A stretch of 32,000 nucleotides of DNA from Pseudomonas aeruginosa (GTDB lineage: Bacteria > Pseudomonadota > Gammaproteobacteria > Pseudomonadales > Pseudomonadaceae): the NCBI RefSeq assembly GCF_001457615.1, contig NZ_LN831024.1, positions 4,920,001 to 4,952,000 on the forward strand, read 5' to 3'. The notes beneath the pieces were generated by a model. The model saw only the letters and a program-made list of their open reading frames with translations, ran no database searches and was not told the DNA's origin. Positions 27,050-32,000 of the stretch are shown here, in pieces; position 1 is the first letter of the stretch; each line of letters begins with the position of its first letter. The position numbers and the translations under genes are program-made.

Positions 27050-28325
27050 CAACATCGAGTAAAACTTCGAACCGGCAGCCATGCGGCTCCACCGCGCTGA
27101 GGGTTACGCTCCAGCCCTCGGCGGCGCAGATCCGCTTCACCAGCGAGAGCCCGAGGCCAAGGCCTTCGCCGCGCCCGGAGCTGGAACTGCCGCGAACGAA
27201 GGGCATGAAAATGCGTTCGCGTTGTTCTTCCGGGACGCCCGCCCCGGTGTCCTCGACGCTGAAACCATGCTCGTCGAGGGTCAGCGTGATGCTCCCGGCA
27301 TCGGTGTAGTGGGTCGCGTTGCGCAACAGGTTGCCCATCACCGCGCGCAGCAGTGGCGCGTTGAACTGGCCGGCGCAGGCACCTTCGTTGCGGTAGTGCA
27401 GGGTCAGTCCTCGCGCCTCGACCTGTTCGCGCCAGACCTGGACCAGGTCGTCGGCGATGCTCTCCAGGCTACCGTGGGGCGCCAGGCTTTCCTCGCCCTT
27501 CTGCGCACGCGCCAGCAACAGGAAGGTTTGCACCAGGTCGCGCATCTCCTCGGTGGCCTTGGTCATCCGCTCCAGTTGGCCACGGGCGCGCGGGCCGAGG
27601 CTGGGTTCTTCGGCCAGCAGTTCGCATGAGGTGGCGATGACCATCAACGGCGTACGCAACTCATGACTGACGTCGCTGGTGAACAATTGCTCGCGCTTGA
27701 GCGCGTCGCGCAGGCGGCCAAGGGTCTCGTCGAAGGAAGCGGCCAGCTCGCCGACCTCGTCGTTGGCGTAGTCCGGCGCCAACGGCGGCGCCAGACCGAG
27801 CAACTGTTCGCGATGCCGCACCTGGCGCGCCAGGCGCACCACCGGCTCCATCACCTTGCGCGCGAGCATCCAGCCAAGCAGGCCGGCCAGGGCGATGCTC
27901 AGCACGTAGCCGGTCAGCACCGAGGCGTAGAGCACCTGCTCGCGCGCTTCGAAATCGCTCTGGTCCTGCAGCAGGACGAAGCGGCGACCATCGATGTCGC
28001 GCACCAGCGCATGGAACGACAAGTCGCCCTCGAACACTTCGTGGAAACCGACATCCAGTTGGTCCAGCGCCGGCGGCATGGCGTAGGAGCCCTGGCCGTC
28101 GCTGATGAAGAAGCGCATGCCGGGATCGAGCACCGGGTTGCGTCCCTGGGCCAGGTCGTCGCGCAGGATGCGCTCCAGTTCGCCGCCCAGGTCGCGGGAA
28201 ATCAGGCGCTCCTCGATGATGTGGACCACGCCGACGATGCCGGCGGAGAACAGTCCCCCCACGGCGACCGTCATCAGCATGAAGGCGATGACGATCCGGC
28301 GGGCGAGGCTCTGCTTATACTCCAT
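27045..28325 (-). CDS. colS: Sensor histidine kinase ColS
   Basis: Start at ATG 28325 (MEYKQSLARRIVIAF...) overlaps the colR 3' end by 11 nt. 426 aa. It has two TMs flanking a periplasmic loop that carries an ExxE motif (EVFE, nt 28029-28040), the H-box SHELRTPL, and N/G boxes (NLLRNATHYT, DTGAGVP). Confidence 0.88.
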   Translation of the reverse strand: MEYKQSLARRIVIAFMLMTVAVGGLFSAGIVGVVHIIEERLISRDLGGELERILRDDLAQGRNPVLDPGMRFFISDGQGSYAMPPALDQLDVGFHEVFEGDLSFHALVRDIDGRRFVLLQDQSDFEAREQVLYASVLTGYVLSIALAGLLGWMLARKVMEPVVRLARQVRHREQLLGLAPPLAPDYANDEVGELAASFDETLGRLRDALKREQLFTSDVSHELRTPLMVIATSCELLAEEPSLGPRARGQLERMTKATEEMRDLVQTFLLLARAQKGEESLAPHGSLESIADDLVQVWREQVEARGLTLHYRNEGACAGQFNAPLLRAVMGNLLRNATHYTDAGSITLTLDEHGFSVEDTGAGVPEEQRERIFMPFVRGSSSSGRGEGLGLGLSLVKRICAAEGWSVTLSAVEPHGCRFEVLLDVA

Positions 28326-28998
28326 TCGGCTCCTCCGCCAGGCGGTAGCCGACGCCATGCACCGTATGCAGCAAGGCCACGGAGAATGGCTTGTCGATCA
28401 CCTGACGGAGTTGATGGACGTGGCTGCGCAGGCTGTCACTGTCCGGGCAGTCGTCGCCCCAGACCGCTTCTTCCAGGGCATCCCGGCGCACCACATGGGG
28501 GCTCTTCTGCATCAGCACGGCGAGCAGCTTTAGGCCGATCGGATTGAGCTTGAGCGACTTGCCCGCGCGCTTGACCTCCAGGGTATCCAGGTCATAGCTG
28601 AGATCGGCCACGCTCAGCTCGCGGCGGCCGCCACCCTGGGCGCGACGCAGCACCGCCTCGATGCGTGCGGAAAGTTCGGAAAGGGCGAAGGGCTTGACCA
28701 GGTAATCGTCGGCTCCGGAACGAAACCCCTGCAGGCGATCGTCCAACTGGTCGCGGGCGGTGAGCATGATCACCGGGGTGTCGCGCCGTGCGTCTTCGCG
28801 CAGGCGCCGGCACAGGGCATAGCCGTCGATTCCCGGCAGCATCACGTCGAGCACGATCAGGTCGTAGTGCTCGGTGGCCGCCAGGTGCAGGCCGGACAGC
28901 CCGTCCTGCGCGCAATCCACGGTATAGCCCTTGAGCGACAGGTAATCGGCCAGGTTGGCCAGGATGTCGCGGTTGTCTTCGACCACCAGTATTCGCAT
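28315..28998 (-). CDS. colR: OmpR-family response regulator ColR
   Basis: Start at ATG 28998 (MRILVVEDNRDIL..., SD AAGGAG). 227 aa. It has a receiver domain (DLIVLDVMLPGIDG) and a winged-helix C-terminus (VHGVGYRL). Confidence 0.9.
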   Translation of the reverse strand: MRILVVEDNRDILANLADYLSLKGYTVDCAQDGLSGLHLAATEHYDLIVLDVMLPGIDGYALCRRLREDARRDTPVIMLTARDQLDDRLQGFRSGADDYLVKPFALSELSARIEAVLRRAQGGGRRELSVADLSYDLDTLEVKRAGKSLKLNPIGLKLLAVLMQKSPHVVRRDALEEAVWGDDCPDSDSLRSHVHQLRQVIDKPFSVALLHTVHGVGYRLAEEPNGV

Positions 28999-29042
28999 GT
29001 CCCACTCCTTCGCAGGAAGACCGATTGAGCGCCTCTCGCGCA

Positions 29043-29072
29043 TTTACGGATTCTTCACCGGCGATTCACACC
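29043..29072 (+). promoter_or_regulatory. Candidate ColR operator in the colR / PAP2 divergent region
   Basis: TTTACGGATTCTTCAC (29043-29058) is followed by GATTCACACC (29063-29072), giving repeated GATTC..CAC units. It loosely resembles the T-rich ...TTTTT(C/G)AC ColR consensus I recall from P. putida, which I have not verified. Confidence 0.3.
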
Positions 29073-29214
29073 GGCTCTACGCTCGCCACCAGAGACTGCA
29101 TGGCGTCTTCCATGGCCGCCGATCATAGCGGCTTTGCGGATGCGCACGAACCCCGGCGGTGGATTTAACCAGCGTCGAAGTCAAGAGAACGTCAACGCCA
29201 GCGTTGGAGATCGC

Positions 29215-30009
29215 ATGACCCAGGCCGCCGTCCATTCCCCTTCCCGTCCATTCAACCCCTGGCTGTTCCTCGCCCTGCCGCTGGGCCTGGCGGCACTGCT
29301 GCTGGCCTTCGAGCCGGTGACCCTCGACCTCGCCCTGGCCAACCTGATGTACGACCCGGGCGCCGGCTTCATCGGCCGGCACAGTTGGTTCCTGGAGAAC
29401 ATCCTGCACGACCGGGTCAAGCAACTGGTGATCGCCATCAGCGTCCTCGGCCTGCTGGTCTCCATCGCCGGACTGTTCCACCGGCCATGGCGCGCACTGA
29501 GCAGGCCGCTGGCCTATGTGTTCCTCGCCATGAGCCTTGCAGCCAGCATAGTCACTCCGCTCAAGGCGCTCACCGCCGTGCAGTGCCCCTGGAGCCTGGC
29601 GCAGTTCGGCGGCGAGGAAACCTATAGTTCGCTGCTCAGCCCACGGCCGCCGACCGAGCACCCCGGACGCTGCTGGCCGGGCGGGCACGCATCGTCCGGA
29701 TTCGTCCTGTTCGCGCTGTTCTTCGCCCTGCGCGACCGCAAGCCCAGGCTGGCGCGCTACGCCCTGGCCTTCGCCTTCGCCATGGGCTGTCTGCTATCGC
29801 TGTCGCGCATGCTGCAAGGTGCGCACTTCCTCTCGCACAACCTGTGGACGATGCTGTTCGACTGGCTGATCTGCCTCGGCCTGTACCGCCTGATGCTCTA
29901 CCGACCGGAGACGCGGGGACAGCGCAACGGCGGCGCCGACGAAAACCGCGTTCAGGAAGACGATTCGTCCGCTCCCAGCACGCCGAACTCGATGGGCACC
30001 TTCATGTAG
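29215..30009 (+). CDS. PAP2-family membrane phosphatase (lipid phosphate or lipid A phosphatase-like)
   Basis: ATG at 29215 follows the SD GGAGA. 264 aa and polytopic. It has PAP2 motifs: KALTAVQCPW (C1-like), PGGHASSG (C2) and SRMLQGAHFLSHNLW (C3). Confidence 0.85.
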   Translation: MTQAAVHSPSRPFNPWLFLALPLGLAALLLAFEPVTLDLALANLMYDPGAGFIGRHSWFLENILHDRVKQLVIAISVLGLLVSIAGLFHRPWRALSRPLAYVFLAMSLAASIVTPLKALTAVQCPWSLAQFGGEETYSSLLSPRPPTEHPGRCWPGGHASSGFVLFALFFALRDRKPRLARYALAFAFAMGCLLSLSRMLQGAHFLSHNLWTMLFDWLICLGLYRLMLYRPETRGQRNGGADENRVQEDDSSAPSTPNSMGTFM

Positions 30010-30281
30010 AACAGCCGCACGCCGGCCTGGCGGATCGACTCGAACAGCCGTTCTGCCTGCTCGGGATCGACCGCCATGAGGATTTCCTGCGGCTGGTCGG
30101 CCAGCTCGAAGAAGTGCATCGAATGCAGCCGGCCGCTCTGGCCGAAGCCTTCGCTGGCAGCCAGCGCGGTGGCACCGCGCACGCCCAGGCGGCGCGCCTC
30201 TTCCAGCAGCCAGTCGCAGATCGGCTGGCCCTGGTGGCGGCGCCCCTGCTGGGTGATGAAGGTCAGTTGATAGCCTTGCAT
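29952..30281 (-). CDS. DUF190 (PII-like fold) protein, commonly linked to crcB
   Basis: 109 aa (MQGYQLTFITQQGRRHQGQPICDWLLEEARRLGVRGATA...). The SD GGGAGGA is present and the gene starts 19 nt after the crcB stop. Its 3' end overlaps the convergent PAP2 gene by 58 nt. Confidence 0.8.
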   Translation of the reverse strand: MQGYQLTFITQQGRRHQGQPICDWLLEEARRLGVRGATALAASEGFGQSGRLHSMHFFELADQPQEILMAVDPEQAERLFESIRQAGVRLFYMKVPIEFGVLGADESSS

Positions 30282-30300
30282 GGTCGGTCCTCCCGCTGCG

Positions 30301-30683
30301 CTATTTGCCCAGCATCCAGTTCATCGAGAACAACCCCAGCAGGGTCATCAGCAACGAGCCGCTGACGTGCGTCGCGATGGCCCCGGCGGCCCAGCCCAGG
30401 CGGCCCTCCTGAAGCAGGCTGACGACCTCGGCGGAAAAGGTGGAGAAAGTGGTCAGGCCGCCGCAGAACCCGGTGATGATCAGTAGCCGCCATTCCGGAG
30501 CGATGCCCGGCGCCTGGGCGAAATAGGCAATCGCCGCGCCGATGACATAGCCGCCGACCAGGTTGGCCAGCAGCGTGCCGGGGGAATGCTGGGCAGCAGG
30601 CTGTTCAGCTTGAGCCCGAGGAACCAGCGCAGCAACGCCCCCAGGGCGGCGCCGAGGGCGATGGCGAGAATGGATTTCCACAT
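30301..30683 (-). pseudogene. crcB: Fluoride channel CrcB/Fluc, interrupted by a 1-nt frameshift (or a sequencing error) in a G/C run
   Basis: ATG at 30683 (SD AGGACAGGA) gives [35 protein letters not shown], then the frame is lost. The remainder ([20 protein letters not shown]...[26 protein letters not shown]...) continues in the ORF 30301..30681. The junction is at the GGGGG run 30580-30584. The span is 383 nt, not a multiple of 3. Confidence 0.85.
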
Positions 30684-30753
30684 AGTCCTGTCCTTGTAGG
30701 AGCGATTCGGACAGGCGGCAGGCGAGCGCCTACGCGCCTTTCCAGGTTCATGC

Positions 30754-30801
30754 GTAGGCATCATCAGCCCCAGGGGCGGTTGAAGGAGGAATGCCATCTC
30801 C
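30754..30801 (-). promoter_or_regulatory. Fluoride riboswitch aptamer (crcB RNA motif)
   Basis: The minus-strand RNA reads GGAGAUGGCAUUCCUCCUUCAACCGCCCCUGGGGCUGAUGAUGCCUAC. P1 is GGAG/CUCC, the pseudoknot is GGCAU...AUGCC, and P3 is GCCC-CUG-GGGC. The conserved AACCGCC and GCUGAUGAUGCCUAC closely resemble the Pseudomonas syringae fluoride riboswitch as I remember it. It lies 71-118 nt upstream of the crcB ATG. Confidence 0.85.
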
Positions 30802-30809
30802 TGTCGGCA

Positions 30810-30838
30810 AGATTGGCACAAAGCGAGGCACCTATCAA
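30810..30838 (-). promoter_or_regulatory. Possible sigma-70 promoter driving the riboswitch-crcB transcript
   Basis: On the minus strand, -35 TTGATA (30838-30833), a 17-nt spacer, then a weak -10 CAATCT (30815-30810). This places the TSS just 5' of the aptamer. Confidence 0.3.
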
Positions 30839-30911
30839 AGGCCGGAGTACGCCGGATCGCCCGAAGCGTGCCAGTCTAGGGAACCTTCCCCCTTCCTTCG
30901 CCGGAGCCCCC

Positions 30912-31598
30912 ATGCGCCCAGTCCTGCTGCTTTGCTGCCTGTTCCTGTCCGCCACCGCCCAGGCCGAGGATTGCTCGCCGCAAACCTCTGTCGGTAGCTG
31001 GTGCGAGCTGCCGCTCGCGGCCCTCCACCCGACCCAGCAGAATGTCGGCCTGCTGCAGGTCGAGGATGACCAGGCCAAGCTCGCCGGGAAGAAGCCCAAG
31101 GCTCTCGAGCGCTACTTGCGCAAGAAGGAGATTCCGGTGGTGATCGGCCCCGGCGGCCGCTTCTACCTCACCGATCGCCATCACCTGAGTAGCGCGCTCT
31201 GGCGCCTGGACCCGAAACAGGGCGTGCCGGTGAAGGTGATCGGCCGGCTACCCCAGGCCAGCGACTTCTGGGAGAAGATGCAGGAAAACCACTGGGTCTG
31301 GCTGCACGATGCGCGTGGCGCGGAGATCCCGCCCGAGGCCCTGCCGGACGCTCTCGCCGGGCTTGGCGACGATCCCTACCGCGCCCTGGCCGGCTACGCC
31401 GAGGACGAGAACGCCTTCGACAAGGATCGGCAGAGCTATTTCATCGAATTCCACTGGGCGCGCTATTTCGGCGAACGCATGCACTGGCGGCCGATCAGCC
31501 GCGCCACTCTGCCCGACGACCTGAAGCAGGCACTGCGCCTGGCCTGCGAACCGGCGGCAAGGGAGCTGCCGGGCTACCGCCAGGACTGCCCGCACTGA
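30912..31598 (+). CDS. Secreted ParB/sulfiredoxin-fold (putative ParB-like nuclease) protein
   Basis: ATG at 30912 follows the SD GGAG. The signal peptide is MRPVLLLCCLFLSATAQA. 228 aa. LHPTQQNVGLLQVE and VVIGPGGRFYLTDRHH resemble the ParB-like nuclease family (assignment from memory). Confidence 0.7.
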   Translation: MRPVLLLCCLFLSATAQAEDCSPQTSVGSWCELPLAALHPTQQNVGLLQVEDDQAKLAGKKPKALERYLRKKEIPVVIGPGGRFYLTDRHHLSSALWRLDPKQGVPVKVIGRLPQASDFWEKMQENHWVWLHDARGAEIPPEALPDALAGLGDDPYRALAGYAEDENAFDKDRQSYFIEFHWARYFGERMHWRPISRATLPDDLKQALRLACEPAARELPGYRQDCPH

Positions 31599-31603
31599 GG
31601 AAT

Positions 31604-31630
31604 AAAAAAGCCCCGCCGAAGCGGGCTTTT
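31604..31630. terminator. Bidirectional rho-independent terminator shared with groEL
   Basis: AAAAAA-GCCCCGC-CGAA-GCGGGC-TTTT (one bulged C). It sits between the convergent ParB-like gene and groEL. Confidence 0.8.
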
Positions 31631-31652
31631 CCAACCACAGGGGCCGGTCGGC

Positions 31653-32000
<348 letters not shown>

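Overview
The window reads as high-GC (about two thirds G+C by eye) gammaproteobacterial core chromosome. From memory, the gene order and protein sequences match Pseudomonas aeruginosa from the xenB/feoCBA region to groEL. I did not run a search to confirm this.

Gene content, left to right:
- xenB-like OYE reductase (3' part)
- feoC-feoB-feoA (minus strand)
- a membrane-anchored coiled-coil protein
- an 87-aa ORF behind a sigma-54-type promoter
- an SDR epimerase/dehydratase and a saccharopine-dehydrogenase-like protein
- an ArgP/IciA LysR regulator, divergent from a small ACT-like gene and an ArgO/LysE exporter
- sodB and bifA (GGDEF-EAL)
- a LemA plus EF-hand membrane-protein pair
- a four-gene exported cluster: imelysin, di-haem DUF1111, imelysin-like, DUF1513
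- mexV-mexW (RND efflux) and pncB
- an envelope operon (methyltransferase, InaA kinase, 80-aa secreted peptide) next to colS-colR and a PAP2 phosphatase
- a fluoride riboswitch, crcB and a DUF190 gene
- a secreted ParB/Srx-like protein and the 3' end of groEL

I found no tRNA or rRNA genes, CRISPR arrays, transposases or integrases. The many long ORFs antisense to these genes are high-GC shadow frames.

I see no convincing new defence or mobile system. The items most worth a second look are:
- a crcB-motif riboswitch that the ORF track does not show
- single-base frameshifts in homopolymer runs of crcB and argO
- a near-consensus sigma-54 promoter in front of a small ORF
- a duplicated Fur-like promoter/operator in front of the two transcription units of the poorly understood imelysin/di-haem cluster
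- helically phased GTCAAG repeats between colS and the envelope operon
- three convergent gene pairs that abut on the palindrome CTGATCAG

All start codons were chosen by eye from SD motifs and homology expectations.
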